Source of the DNA: Bdellovibrionales bacterium
GTDB lineage: Bacteria; Bdellovibrionota; Bdellovibrionia; Bdellovibrionales; CAYMLA01
NCBI GenBank assembly: GCA_965217115.1
Contig: OZ244239.1
Coordinates: forward strand, 1,664,001-1,728,000
Length of the DNA stretch: 64,000 nucleotides
Direction: 5' to 3'
The notes below the pieces were generated by a model that was not told the origin of the DNA, searched no databases, and saw nothing but the letters and a program-made list of their open reading frames with translations. Shown in pieces: positions 27,946 through 39,065 of the stretch (position 1 is the stretch's first letter; the number at the start of each line of letters is the position of its first letter). Position numbers and translations under genes: made by a program.

Positions 27946-28716
27946 TTAAAAGACAGATTTACGTTCTTTTAACTCCTTGTTGAGGGCCTGTTGCATTTGC
28001 TCGCGGATATCATTGGCAAGTTCATGGACAAGTTCGGTGTTATCGGCCGCATCGGGGCCGTAGGGGAGATATAGAGGGTCAAAAATCTTAATTTTCCACT
28101 TTATGGGGAGTGGAATGATGTTTAGAGGTAGAGGCAGAACTAGGCCGTAAAGGTATTTGCTGAAGTTTAATTTACGCAGGTTGATGTGAGTCTCTTCTGC
28201 TCCAATGACAAGGGTGGGGATGATGGGGGATTGGGTTTTTAAGGCCATTCTTATAAAACCACGTTTAAATTCTTGAAGTCTATAGGCTTCAGAGGATGGT
28301 TTGAAGTTCCCATGCTCTCCTTCAGGGAATAAAACGACTAATTGTTCACGTTCAAGATATTTTAATCCGTTGTCTGTTGTGGCCTCAATAAAGCCAAGTT
28401 TTTCCGCAGGAACGGAAGTTGTTTTTGTTAAGAACCAGAGGTGGTGGGTTAAAACGCGTGGTACACGTTGAGTTCTTTTAGCTATTTCGTGAGTGAGGAC
28501 AAGGGCGTCGAAGCCAGAGTAACCCGAGTGATTGGGTGTCATAAGGAATCTGCCTTTTTTTGGGATTTTTTCAATGCCTTCAACTTGAATACGAAAATAT
28601 TTAGCAATAATCTCCATGAGTAAGTGAGGGAGAACTTTATAAATAAGAGCCTCTCGATTAAAGTTTTTTATATCGAGGAGATTTATATCTGGTAGGCTGA
28701 AGAATTTTTTAAGCAT
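27946..28716 (-). CDS. Lysophospholipid/glycerol acyltransferase (PlsC superfamily)
   Basis: NHSG..FD, LFPEG, FKRGFIRMAL motifs; start placed at MLKKFF. Confidence 0.85.
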   Translation of the reverse strand: MLKKFFSLPDINLLDIKNFNREALIYKVLPHLLMEIIAKYFRIQVEGIEKIPKKGRFLMTPNHSGYSGFDALVLTHEIAKRTQRVPRVLTHHLWFLTKTTSVPAEKLGFIEATTDNGLKYLEREQLVVLFPEGEHGNFKPSSEAYRLQEFKRGFIRMALKTQSPIIPTLVIGAEETHINLRKLNFSKYLYGLVLPLPLNIIPLPIKWKIKIFDPLYLPYGPDAADNTELVHELANDIREQMQQALNKELKERKSVF

Positions 28717-28858
28717 AATATGATTTACCTTAATCACCTGTATAAATGGTGACTCTTTGTATAACACCTTAACGTGTTGTTGTACAGGAAGAGAGTTTGT
28801 AGATAGACTGATAATATACAGCATTATTGTATTCAAATGAATGGGCTGGGAGAAAAGT

Positions 28859-30370
28859 ATGAAGGGAAAATACATATTAGCGATAGATCAGGGAACAACA
28901 GGAACAACTGTTTGTTTGATGGATCGTCGTGGACGTTTTTTGGGTAAAGAGAATAAAGAATTTGAACAAGTTTTCCCTCAACCAGGATGGGTTGAGCACG
29001 ATTTGGAGAATATTTGGAAATCAACAGTATCAACAATAAATCGCGTGATACAAAAAACAAAAATTAATTCTAAAGAAATCATTGGCATAGGAATAACAAA
29101 TCAAAGAGAAACAGTAGGCATTTGGAATAGACAAACAGGAAAACCTATTTACAACGCCATTGTCTGGCAATGTCGAAGGACGGCCAAGGACTGTGAGAGA
29201 ATAAAAAAAACCATGCATCGTGAATATATAGAAAAAACAACAGGGCTTGTTATTGACCCTTATTTTTCAGCAACAAAAATAGGTTGGTTATTAAAAAATG
29301 TGAAAGGGGCCAGAGAGCAAGTAAAGAAGGGAAACCTAGTTGCTGGGAATATAGACACATTCCTATTATGGAGATTAACAGGTGGGAAAACCCATAAAAC
29401 AGATATTTCAAATGCTTCACGGACGCAATTAATGAATTTAAAAACAGGAAAATGGGATCATAAGTTACTAAAAATATTTTCTATTTCTAAAGATATTTTG
29501 CCAGAGATATCTTCTAATAACAGCGTCTTTGGATTCACTGAAGGGGTTAAGGGGTTGCCTGATGGAATTCCTATTTCGGGAATGATTGGTGATCAGCAAG
29601 CTGCTCTTTTTGGACAGGCTTGTTTTGAGGCAGGTGAGGCTAAGTGCACTTATGGAACGGGAAGTTTTTTGCTAATGAACACAGGTCATAAAATAGTTTC
29701 ATCAGAGAATCGCCTGTTAACGACAGTTGCTTGGCAACTAGAGGGGAAGGGGAAAATAACTTATGCCCTAGAGGGAGGAGCTTTTGTTTGTGGATCGGCT
29801 GTGCAGTGGTTGCGTGATGGCTTAGGAATTATTAAAAAGAGTTCTGATATAGAGAGCCTTGCCGAAAAAGTGGAGAGCAGTGAAGGTGTTGAGTTTATTC
29901 CTGCTCTAACGGGTTTAGGGGCTCCTCATTGGAAGCCTGAAGCCAGAGGAAATATTTCTGGGTTAACTCGAGGAACGACAGTGGAACATATTGCACGGGC
30001 GACCTTAGATGGAATGGCTTTACAAAATGTAGAAATTTTGAATTGTATGCAGAGAGATGCAAAGAAAAAACTTAAAAGCCTGAAAGTAGATGGCGGAGCT
30101 TGCACCAATAATTTATTGATGCAAATACAATCTGATTTAGCAGAGACGATCTTGACTCGTCCACAAATTACTGAAACCACTGCAGCAGGCGCAGCTTATA
30201 TGGCTGGTTTAGGAATAGGATTTTGGAAAAACTTAGAGGAGATTCGTCAAATTTGTAAGGAGGATAAAGCTTTTCATCCCCAGAGGACAAAGCGTCAGGT
30301 AAGAGAGCGTCTTCGAGCTTGGCAATTGGCAGTAGAGAGATCAACGTTGAGTCGTTCTTATAAAAGTTGA
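28859..30370 (+). CDS. glpK: Glycerol kinase
   Basis: LAIDQGTTGT, GITNQRET, DPYFSATK, GDQQAALFGQ, KCTYGTG. Confidence 0.97.
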   Translation: MKGKYILAIDQGTTGTTVCLMDRRGRFLGKENKEFEQVFPQPGWVEHDLENIWKSTVSTINRVIQKTKINSKEIIGIGITNQRETVGIWNRQTGKPIYNAIVWQCRRTAKDCERIKKTMHREYIEKTTGLVIDPYFSATKIGWLLKNVKGAREQVKKGNLVAGNIDTFLLWRLTGGKTHKTDISNASRTQLMNLKTGKWDHKLLKIFSISKDILPEISSNNSVFGFTEGVKGLPDGIPISGMIGDQQAALFGQACFEAGEAKCTYGTGSFLLMNTGHKIVSSENRLLTTVAWQLEGKGKITYALEGGAFVCGSAVQWLRDGLGIIKKSSDIESLAEKVESSEGVEFIPALTGLGAPHWKPEARGNISGLTRGTTVEHIARATLDGMALQNVEILNCMQRDAKKKLKSLKVDGGACTNNLLMQIQSDLAETILTRPQITETTAAGAAYMAGLGIGFWKNLEEIRQICKEDKAFHPQRTKRQVRERLRAWQLAVERSTLSRSYKS

Positions 30371-31752
30371 GAGAGATTTTTTATGTGTTTAATCCAATGA
30401 ATGCTCTTTTCTTTGGGAAGCTTTAGTTCTTTAAGATGCTTCTTATTTGCAAAGGGAATAATAAAGGTATCAAACCCTAATTTATCAGCTTCGCGTATGC
30501 GTAGGTCGGCAAAGGAGACACCTCGAACTTCTCCTGTTAGGCCAATCTCACCGAAAAAAAGAGTATTATTTTTAATCTCTTTATAATTATCACTTGATAT
30601 AAGGGCGGCAGCGACAGCTAGGTCTGAAGCTGGCTCTACAAGCTTAAGTCCACCGACAACATTGATAAATATATCAGAAGAATTGAGTGATAGCTTAAGG
30701 TGTCTGCCAAGAACGGCAATGAGTAGGTGAAGACGGTTAACGTCAGTGCCGATGGCGGTTCTTCTCGGCATAGCCATTGGCGTGGAATTAGACAGGGCTT
30801 GCACTTCACACAGCAGAGGTCGACTGCCCTCCATGGAGGCAAACACGGCTGAACCGATAAGATGCTCACCTCTTTCTTCAAGAAACATTTCTGAAGGGTT
30901 TGAGACTTCGGCAAGTCCTTCGGAGTTCATTTGAAAGACTCCAAGTTCGTGTGTGGCTCCAAAGCGATTTTTAATGGCCCTTAATAAGCGAAAGCCGTAG
31001 TTCATATCTCCTTCGAAGGAGAGAACAGTATCGACCATGTGTTCTAGAACTTTGGGGCCAGCGATTTGCCCATCTTTTGTGACGTGACCGATAAGAATAA
31101 CAGAAATATTTTCTGACTTGGCTAGAGTCATTAAGTGACCAGCACATTCGCGGATTTGTGAAACAGTTCCAGGGGTTGAGTTAAGTTCGGGAAGAAAAAC
31201 GGTTTGAATAGAATCAATGATAAGAACATTCGGTTTTTTCTTTCGTACGAGATCAGTGATTTTTAGAAGATCATTTTCACTGCCGATTTCAACGTTGGAC
31301 TGAATTACGCCAAGTCTCTGGGCGCGAGAGCCTGATTGTGCGACACTCTCTTCACCTGAAATATACACCACATGACTATTGTTTTTTCCCAAGCCTCCAG
31401 CCATTTGCATTAAAAGAGTGCTTTTTCCAACCCCAGGTTCTCCCCCGAGAAGGACAAAACTTCCAGAGACAAGGCCACCCCCTAAAACACGATCGAGTTC
31501 GCTGATATTTGTTTGATAACGATTGACCTTGAGGGCTTCAAACTTGGCATTGAGGGGAATGAGGGACGTTGAGGAGGATGAGGTTTCTTTTTGAATGGCC
31601 CAGCCCTGGGTTTTAGTGCTGTGGGTGTTGTCTCGAAAGGTCTCTTCGACAAAGGTATCCCAAGCTCCACAATCAGTGCAACGACCTTCCCATTTGGGGC
31701 GTTGAGCACCGCATTTCTGGCAGGAGTAGACGGTTTTACTTTTCTTAGCCAT
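30358..31752 (-). CDS. radA: DNA repair protein RadA/Sms
   Basis: CxxC..CxxC zinc finger, GGEPGVGKST, KNRFG, GEIGLTGE. Confidence 0.97.
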   Translation of the reverse strand: MAKKSKTVYSCQKCGAQRPKWEGRCTDCGAWDTFVEETFRDNTHSTKTQGWAIQKETSSSSTSLIPLNAKFEALKVNRYQTNISELDRVLGGGLVSGSFVLLGGEPGVGKSTLLMQMAGGLGKNNSHVVYISGEESVAQSGSRAQRLGVIQSNVEIGSENDLLKITDLVRKKKPNVLIIDSIQTVFLPELNSTPGTVSQIRECAGHLMTLAKSENISVILIGHVTKDGQIAGPKVLEHMVDTVLSFEGDMNYGFRLLRAIKNRFGATHELGVFQMNSEGLAEVSNPSEMFLEERGEHLIGSAVFASMEGSRPLLCEVQALSNSTPMAMPRRTAIGTDVNRLHLLIAVLGRHLKLSLNSSDIFINVVGGLKLVEPASDLAVAAALISSDNYKEIKNNTLFFGEIGLTGEVRGVSFADLRIREADKLGFDTFIIPFANKKHLKELKLPKEKSIHWIKHIKNLSQLL

Positions 31753-31887
31753 GGAGGGAATAAGACTAGGGATAGTTTTGTTTTTTGTAAAGAATTCATA
31801 ACCCAAGAAAACACTGCACTGAGTCATAAAAATCTGTTATAAGGCTTCTATATGGTGAAAATCAGACTTTTTAAGGAGCTAAAAAAA

Positions 31888-33936
31888 ATGGTTAAAAGTA
31901 TGTTTTTAAATCCAATAAAATTGTTTTTAGTGATGTTTTTTTTGAACTCTTTAGTTATGGCAGAGGGGCCTTACTCGGAAGAACTGTTTAACTCGATAGA
32001 GGAGACTAACTCATCTGAGAGCTCAATATCTTTATCTTTATTTGAACAGAATAGGGGAAAAATAAGCGAAGAGATAAGAAGTCTTGATGTTGGATTTGGT
32101 TTTGATTTTTTTGATATATCTAAAACTGGGTTTGGGGCTTCATTGGGTTATAAGTATGCGGTGAGGCCAACCTATGAGAAAGCGTCTTTTTCCAGGTTTG
32201 ACAAATACCCAGGACAAATCCATGTCAATCCGATTCCTTGGATTTGGGATGATTCAAAACTTGGTGTAACAGTTTCTGCAAGCTCAGAGCTTCAATTTGC
32301 CAGACAGTTTAAAAGTCAAAAAGAAGCTTTTACAGCAAAGCCTTATTCTCCTTCAAAAGCTCCGACAAACAGTAAAAAGGTGATAGAGAAATTGAATGAA
32401 GGAGATTATTCAAGTCTGATTCATCGACTATCTATCTATATTGGAGCAGGTAGTTCTTGGGAGGATGTCATAAAAATATCGGCTTCTGTAGGCTATACGA
32501 TATCCGCACAGTATGGGGTACAAGTTTTTAAACTTAAGAATAATCATATTAGATTGAAACTTTTCGCAGAACGCTCAAAGGGACCTGGTTTTCATATTGG
32601 GGCGGAGGCGAAGAAAGATGATTTCGATATTTTTGGCACTGACTACATAAACGACGCTATTGAACGTCTTATTAAACTAGAGTTGCTCGATGTGAGTAGC
32701 TCATCACGAAAAAGAGACGTTTACCTGGAGGATTTTGTTGTTAACCTAAATGATAAAGACTCTCGTAAGGCATTTGACAAAGTCATGAAGCGAATGATTT
32801 CGATCAAAGAGTCTAAATTCAGATTGCTGAATCCTTACCTGACTAACGAGGAAATTATTAAGTATCTACGTGGGCTAACAAGAGGATTGAATGTCATTTT
32901 TGAAGAAGATACAGAGCGTCAGCCTCAAGTTAAGAGAGTTGTACGACTTTTTAGTGGTAAAGACATTGTTCCCTTAGCAGTAAGCAGAGGTTTTTCCCTA
33001 GGGAATAGTCTCTTGTCTATTTTTTCAAGAAAACAAGATTTTGAAAATCAGTTAACATATAAAACTAAAGGAAATGAAGCTGAGCGCTATACTTTATCTG
33101 ATTCAGTCTCTAATAGTGGTTTTAGGGCTTTATTTAACTTTTTTGAAGAGACTAAAACTCGCTCAATTAATGTGATTCTTGAAAGAGATGAAGATGAAAA
33201 AATAAAATCTCTCGCTACTATTGGTTTCTCTTTAGAGGTAAAAGATAAAAGAATGAGAGCCAATGAGTTTAAAAGAATGAAGAGTCGAATTTGTAATGGC
33301 TTGGGAGAAGAAATTTGTAGAAAGGTGAATTGGTCTGAATATGAGGGTAAGAGTATTGAGGGCTTTAGAATGCGAGTACAATACCTCTTAGGCTCCGAAG
33401 CGTATGGGGAACTGACTTTATTAAATAAGGATGATTATCGGAGAAGTATTAGAAGAACAATTGAACAATATGGTGAATCGGAGCTTTCGAGTGTTGCACA
33501 TGGGGATTGGGATTGTGTCGTTTACGGTCAAAACGGCGAAATGTGTGAGGCTTTGGCTTTTTATTTAGATGATGTAGAAGAGATTACTGAGAAATTATAT
33601 GAGACATTTCACAGTCAGAATCCTGAGGAGGCCTATAGGGCATTTTCTGATTTACGGTGGAATTCAGTATTTTCAACCCTTGGGGGACCGATTCTGATGA
33701 ATATGCTTTCTCCAAATAGCAGAGGCCAGTTTGTGGCCACTGTTTTTGAAATGTCAGGAGCTAATAAACGGCCTGTCGAGGTCATTCTTGCGGGCGACTT
33801 GACGCCAGAAGAACTTAATAAAAAAAGAAAGCTCTACGATTACACTCGGAGTATTCAGACAACTATTTTTAATAGAGGGTTTGATTTAAGGTTTCAGAAT
33901 GTTAATGAAGAGAACTTGATTCATTTAAACCCTTGA
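31888..33936 (+). CDS. Large secreted hypothetical protein
   Basis: Long ORF, AAGGAG RBS, signal-peptide-like N-terminus. Confidence 0.75.
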   Translation: MVKSMFLNPIKLFLVMFFLNSLVMAEGPYSEELFNSIEETNSSESSISLSLFEQNRGKISEEIRSLDVGFGFDFFDISKTGFGASLGYKYAVRPTYEKASFSRFDKYPGQIHVNPIPWIWDDSKLGVTVSASSELQFARQFKSQKEAFTAKPYSPSKAPTNSKKVIEKLNEGDYSSLIHRLSIYIGAGSSWEDVIKISASVGYTISAQYGVQVFKLKNNHIRLKLFAERSKGPGFHIGAEAKKDDFDIFGTDYINDAIERLIKLELLDVSSSSRKRDVYLEDFVVNLNDKDSRKAFDKVMKRMISIKESKFRLLNPYLTNEEIIKYLRGLTRGLNVIFEEDTERQPQVKRVVRLFSGKDIVPLAVSRGFSLGNSLLSIFSRKQDFENQLTYKTKGNEAERYTLSDSVSNSGFRALFNFFEETKTRSINVILERDEDEKIKSLATIGFSLEVKDKRMRANEFKRMKSRICNGLGEEICRKVNWSEYEGKSIEGFRMRVQYLLGSEAYGELTLLNKDDYRRSIRRTIEQYGESELSSVAHGDWDCVVYGQNGEMCEALAFYLDDVEEITEKLYETFHSQNPEEAYRAFSDLRWNSVFSTLGGPILMNMLSPNSRGQFVATVFEMSGANKRPVEVILAGDLTPEELNKKRKLYDYTRSIQTTIFNRGFDLRFQNVNEENLIHLNP

Positions 33937-34001
33937 AATCTGGTTTCTGATATTAAAAAGAGTGGATATTGACCTGCTGGGGCTAGCCATGTCCATTTTT
34001 T

Positions 34002-34202
34002 ATGTTAAAAATGAACACACAATGGCATATTTACTCAAATAATGATATCGAGGGGAAAGATCTGAAATTTGTTGAATCAGAAGAGTTGAATCCTCCATCT
34101 CCTGATGAACGACTGCTTTTAATTGAAGATGCCTCTTTTAATAAGAAGAGATTTACAATCTTTAATGTGTTTTCGGCTATTATAAATAAACTCCCCTTTT
34201 AA
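34002..34202 (+). CDS. Small hypothetical protein (doubtful)
   Basis: 66-aa ORF with no clear RBS or motif. Confidence 0.3.
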   Translation: MLKMNTQWHIYSNNDIEGKDLKFVESEELNPPSPDERLLLIEDASFNKKRFTIFNVFSAIINKLPF

Positions 34203-34425
34203 TTTGAAAATAGAGAAGTGCTCCTTGATTTATGCAGATGAGCAGAGGGAGTTATTTTTAATACAGACTCTATTCGAATATAATGGAGATGAGTGAGCTA
34301 ACAGACTAAGGTGAATTTTATGGATAAAAGAGGTGTGGGGCTTATCTTTTTATTGGATTTGAGGTATAATAGAATCCTAGAGTCTGTTTTGATTTTAGTT
34401 TCAGAATTCCATAGGAGGGGCGGTT

Positions 34426-36711
34426 GTGACTTTGAGAATAGTTCTTTTGCTCTCTCTATTTTGTCAAACAGCTTTAGGGGTGCAGAGCACTCCTGTAAAC
34501 CTTCACTCGTCCTATAAGAAACTTGAAAATATGATTGAACAACTCAGAAGAGTCGATCAAAAGACTCGATCAAAATCTGAGAAAGGCCTACTGCAGTTGG
34601 GTATGGGAGTTCGGCATTATGAGTTAGGTAATTATGAGAAAAGTTTGGATTTTTTAGTGAAGTCATTAGATGTTGAATCAGAGTTGAAAAATTATTCTTA
34701 TTATTATCTGGGCTTAACTTATAAAGCTCAAAAAAAACCCAAAGAAGCTAAAAAATATTTTTTAAAAATCACTTATGATGAGATCAACAGACATCTGAAG
34801 TATTTTGTTTTTTTGGAATTGGCTAAAATAGAGATAGCACAGAAGAATTGGAACAAGGCCTATAGGCATTTACGATATTTGGAAAAGAGACTGCGTAGAG
34901 ATAAGAAGCACGCTAAAATACTTGAATTGCTTGCCTATGTTGATAAGAAAAAAAATAGAAGCTGGCGTTCTTGTCGCTGGGCAAGGAGCCTTTACAGGAA
35001 GTATCCAGACTCTCCTTTATCTAAAAAATGGGATAGAGGGTTAGAAAAAGCAAATATCCGTGGGGTTGATTTAAATTGCACGGCAAGATTTTCTGATCAG
35101 AAGAGTAGAATTCAGCGCCTACAACTTATTGGAAAATCGCAGAGAGCGAGACAAGAGGTTGAAAGGATAAGAGACCAGTATGGCAGGGGCTCCTACAAAG
35201 GAGACATCCTTCAGGTTGAGTATTTAAATCAAGAAGGGCACCCGAAAGAAGCATTTGAGCTACTTTTGTCTCATTATGAAGAAAAAAAAGATGACCAAAA
35301 ATATCTTAAGAAGCTTGCTAAAACCTCTTTACGCTTGGGTGATCCTGAATTAGGCATTAGCATTTATTACCAGATCTATAAAAATTTTCCGAAGAAGCGT
35401 AAAGGAAAAGAGGCTCTTTATAAATCTGCTTTTACGAGTTATCAATATGGTGACTACGATGGATCTATAAGAAAGTTTTTAGAATATACGAAACTTTATT
35501 CTCGGTCGGCTTTATTTAATAATCATGCCCGTTGGTATATAGCATGGATGAGTTATCTCAAAGGTCAAAATCAATTATCGTATAAGTTATTATCTCAAAT
35601 TTTAAAGAATAAGAAAAAAAAACCGCGTTACTGGCGAAGTTATTCAAAAGATAAAATCCGTTATTGGCTGGCAATGTCTGCTGACAAAGCGGGAAAATCT
35701 AAAATTGCTAAGGATATTTTTCGAGACCTTGCAGAAAATGGTCTTCTTAGCTATTACGCTGTATTAGCTAAAACTCGATTGGAGAGTTTAGGAGGAGATT
35801 TTAAGAGCAATCTCAAAGATGCTTCTAAAAGCAGGTCGTTGTTTAATGAACCCCCTTGGATTGACCAGCTCGCTTCAAAAGAAATGACAGAATCAAAAAA
35901 GAGGGTTTTGACAAAAGACAAAAGAAGCAGTGGCTTTTTTCGGCGAGCTAGAAGTCTAAAAAAAATAGGTTTGTATAATTGGGCAAAGTGGGAACTTTAT
36001 GAGATTGAGAGGAAAACGAAAGACAAGGCGATTTTGAAAACATTGATGACGGAGTATCATGACATAGGGGCTTTTCATCGTTCTTCTTATATTGGTCAAG
36101 TTTATTTTCAAGATCTTTTTAAGAAAGAAGTCGTCTCTCGTAAAAGTTTACTATGGGATTACACCTATCCTAAAGCATACAATTATGAGGTGGAACGAGC
36201 ATCTGGAGCCCATGGTGTTGATGAAGAGTTTGTGTGGGCAATTATGCGTGCGGAGAGTAAGTATCGTTCTCAGGCCATTTCTCCAGTGGGTGCACGGGGG
36301 TTGATGCAAGTGATGCCATACACGGGGCGGAAGATAGCTAATATATTAGATGTGCCGTTTTCCCCAGAGGATTTATTTCATCCCAAGAAAGGGGTGTATT
36401 TGGGGACAAGTTATTTGAAGAGATTAATGGGGAAGTTTAAAAAAACAGTTCCACTAGCTGCTGCGGCTTATAATGCAGGACCTCACAGAGTTGTGCGCTG
36501 GGCTCACTATTTTGGTAATGGTTTAGAATTGGACGAGTTTGTTGAACATATTCCATTTGTGGAAACACGTAATTATGTAAAGAAAGTCGTTCTTAATTAT
36601 AATATTTATTCTTTTCTAGATAAGTCTAAAAGCATGTTAAAGTTAGCAAAGAGCTTTAATTTACCGCCTGAAACCTATCTTCCTGTTAGGGAAAATTGGG
36701 ATAGGCTTTAG
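34426..36711 (+). CDS. slt: Soluble lytic transglycosylase (Slt-like) with TPR repeats
   Basis: AIMRAES, SPVGARGLMQVMP, AAYNAGP, IPFVETRNYVKKV. Confidence 0.9.
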   Translation: MTLRIVLLLSLFCQTALGVQSTPVNLHSSYKKLENMIEQLRRVDQKTRSKSEKGLLQLGMGVRHYELGNYEKSLDFLVKSLDVESELKNYSYYYLGLTYKAQKKPKEAKKYFLKITYDEINRHLKYFVFLELAKIEIAQKNWNKAYRHLRYLEKRLRRDKKHAKILELLAYVDKKKNRSWRSCRWARSLYRKYPDSPLSKKWDRGLEKANIRGVDLNCTARFSDQKSRIQRLQLIGKSQRARQEVERIRDQYGRGSYKGDILQVEYLNQEGHPKEAFELLLSHYEEKKDDQKYLKKLAKTSLRLGDPELGISIYYQIYKNFPKKRKGKEALYKSAFTSYQYGDYDGSIRKFLEYTKLYSRSALFNNHARWYIAWMSYLKGQNQLSYKLLSQILKNKKKKPRYWRSYSKDKIRYWLAMSADKAGKSKIAKDIFRDLAENGLLSYYAVLAKTRLESLGGDFKSNLKDASKSRSLFNEPPWIDQLASKEMTESKKRVLTKDKRSSGFFRRARSLKKIGLYNWAKWELYEIERKTKDKAILKTLMTEYHDIGAFHRSSYIGQVYFQDLFKKEVVSRKSLLWDYTYPKAYNYEVERASGAHGVDEEFVWAIMRAESKYRSQAISPVGARGLMQVMPYTGRKIANILDVPFSPEDLFHPKKGVYLGTSYLKRLMGKFKKTVPLAAAAYNAGPHRVVRWAHYFGNGLELDEFVEHIPFVETRNYVKKVVLNYNIYSFLDKSKSMLKLAKSFNLPPETYLPVRENWDRL

Positions 36712-36732
36712 AAGCACGTTGAGTTGTTACAG

Positions 36733-37827
36733 TTAAACATTAAAACGAAAGAGAATAATATCTCCATCTTTGACAGTGTACTCTTTTCCTTCAGATCGGT
36801 AACGACCAGCCTCTCTAACTGAGGCTTCATTTTTTAATTCAAATAAATCAGAGCAATGGTATGTTTCTGCACGAATAAATCCTTTTTCAAAATCAGAATG
36901 TATGACTCCAGCAGCTTGTGGAGCTTTATCGTTAAATTTTATTGTCCATGCTCGAACTTCCTTCTCTCCTGCAGTGAAGTAGGTTTGTAGGCCCAATAGA
37001 GAGTAAGCAGTTTGAATAAGGCGATGGAGACCAGGCTCTTTAGCTCCAATAGCCTCAAGAAAATCTTTTTGCTCTTCTTCTGGTAATTGAGCAATTTCAG
37101 ATTCTAGGGAGCTGCAAATGGTAATTGTTGAATTGGATTCATTTTTAGCCCTCTCTTGCACGGCTTTGACCCAGTCGTTGTCCCCGGAAGAGAGGCCGTC
37201 TTCACTGACATTACAAGCATAGAGAACAGGCTTGAGAGTTAATAGATTAAGCCCTTTAATAAGAAGGACTTCTTCTTCGGAGAACTCAATTGAGCGCACT
37301 GGCAGGCCATTGTTCAAAGTTTGATTGGTTTTTTTGAGAACTTCAACTTCTGGGAATAATTTTTTATCTGATTTTGAGGCTTTAGAAATTTTTTGTAGCC
37401 GTTTTTCCACAGCATCGAGGTCTGCCAGAAGAAGCTCTGTATTGATAATATCTATGTCTCTCATCGGGTCGATAGAGCCTTCGACATGAATAATGTTGGA
37501 ATCATCAAAACAGCGAATGACATGAATGATCGTATTTGTTTCCCGGATATGTTGTAAAAATTGATTACCGAGTCCTTCCCCTTTGCTTGCACCTTTGACG
37601 AGACCTGCAATATCGACAAATTCAATGACGGCGGGAATGGTTTTCTGTGTTTTAACTAAAGAAGAAATTTGTTCTAATCTAGGGTCAGGAATAGTCACAA
37701 TCCCCACATTGGGGTCGATGGTACAGAAGGGGTAATTAGCTGCCTCGGCTTTGTTTTTTGTTAATGCATTAAATAGAGTGCTTTTTCCCACATTAGGAAG
37801 ACCCACAATTCCACATTTTAGAGACAT
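36733..37827 (-). CDS. ychF: Ribosome-binding ATPase YchF
   Basis: GIVGLPNVGKST, ANYPFCTIDPN, DIAGLVKGASKGEGLGN, FRFNV terminus. Confidence 0.98.
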   Translation of the reverse strand: MSLKCGIVGLPNVGKSTLFNALTKNKAEAANYPFCTIDPNVGIVTIPDPRLEQISSLVKTQKTIPAVIEFVDIAGLVKGASKGEGLGNQFLQHIRETNTIIHVIRCFDDSNIIHVEGSIDPMRDIDIINTELLLADLDAVEKRLQKISKASKSDKKLFPEVEVLKKTNQTLNNGLPVRSIEFSEEEVLLIKGLNLLTLKPVLYACNVSEDGLSSGDNDWVKAVQERAKNESNSTITICSSLESEIAQLPEEEQKDFLEAIGAKEPGLHRLIQTAYSLLGLQTYFTAGEKEVRAWTIKFNDKAPQAAGVIHSDFEKGFIRAETYHCSDLFELKNEASVREAGRYRSEGKEYTVKDGDIILFRFNV

Positions 37828-37844
37828 AATGATTTAAACCTTTT

Positions 37845-38417
37845 TTAAGGAGTTTGATTAAAATTATTGGCTGCTTTATCAAAGCCAGAAACAATAAAGC
37901 TGTCAATGGCTTGTATAGCACGATCTAAAAAATCGTCTAAAGAATTCATCTCATCGTCGTTAAATTTTTGCAAAACATAATCAGCGACATCCATTTTAGG
38001 GTGGGGAGGTCTACCAACCCCCAGTTTAAGACGAGCGTACTCGTTATGTCCTAATTGTTGATGAATATGACGAATACCATTATGTCCACCATGTCCACGC
38101 TTACGCTGCAATTTAATATGTGAAAATTCTTGGTCAATATCATCGTGAATAATAAGAATATCTTCGCTAGCGATCTTGTAATAACTCATTAGAGAGACAA
38201 TGGAATCTCCTGAGAGATTCATATAGGTCATCGGCTTAACCAGAAGAATTGTCGTCTCTTTATAGGGAGTTTTACTCACAAGAGCTTTGTGTTGACTTTT
38301 TTCAAAAGAGGAACAGTGTAATTCCTCTAAGAGGTCATCAATAACTGTAAAACCAATATTGTGGCGAGTGAGGTCGTATTTTTTTCCAGGATTTCCTAGG
38401 CCAGCAATTAATTTCAT
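37845..38417 (-). CDS. pth: Peptidyl-tRNA hydrolase
   Basis: GLGNPG..Y..TRHNIGF, KPMTYMNLSG, GGHNG. Confidence 0.97.
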   Translation of the reverse strand: MKLIAGLGNPGKKYDLTRHNIGFTVIDDLLEELHCSSFEKSQHKALVSKTPYKETTILLVKPMTYMNLSGDSIVSLMSYYKIASEDILIIHDDIDQEFSHIKLQRKRGHGGHNGIRHIHQQLGHNEYARLKLGVGRPPHPKMDVADYVLQKFNDDEMNSLDDFLDRAIQAIDSFIVSGFDKAANNFNQTP

Positions 38418-38430
38418 TGTAAAAGACAAC

Positions 38431-38994
38431 CTATTCTTTATTACCACCGTCAATCGTTGCTGCAACTGTGTTCTCAGAGGTGAGAACAGTAACGCCTTCA
38501 GGGTTTTTAATATCCTTAACTCTCAGGCTATTGCCGATATCCATGTGGGAAGTGTCAACGGTGATGACTTGAGGAAGATCTCGAACCTTTGCTTCAATTT
38601 TAATAGTACGTATGATTGGACGAAACTTACCACCATCGGCAAGGGCTTTGGGTTTTCCTTGAAAACTGACAGAGACATCTCTTTTAACAACCTGGTCTTC
38701 GGTGATTGCGTGAAGGTCAACATGAACGGGCTGAGAATTAAGAGGGTGGGTATCGAAATCACCTCTTAGGCAAAGTTGACCATCAAGATATTTGTCATCA
38801 GATTTTAATTTGAAAATAAGATTTTCATTCTTGCTGTTGAAGTATTTAGTAAAATCACGATTATCGATATAGAGGTTTTTTGATTCTACTTTAGATCCGT
38901 AAACAACTCCAGGGCAAAAACCTTGGCGACGAAGAGCGCGGTTATGTTTTTTTCCAGCTTCTCTACTGGAGACGTTTAATTCAATTTTTTGCAT
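38431..38994 (-). CDS. rplY: 50S ribosomal protein L25/Ctc
   Basis: R..GKKHNRALRRQGFCPGVVYG, HP..HVD; located between prs and pth. Confidence 0.93.
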   Translation of the reverse strand: MQKIELNVSSREAGKKHNRALRRQGFCPGVVYGSKVESKNLYIDNRDFTKYFNSKNENLIFKLKSDDKYLDGQLCLRGDFDTHPLNSQPVHVDLHAITEDQVVKRDVSVSFQGKPKALADGGKFRPIIRTIKIEAKVRDLPQVITVDTSHMDIGNSLRVKDIKNPEGVTVLTSENTVAATIDGGNKE

Positions 38995-39065
38995 AGCTTT
39001 GGTCCTTATTTATATTTTGTTAGTTCATTCTTTTTTAAATCATACTCAGGCAGACTCCCATGACA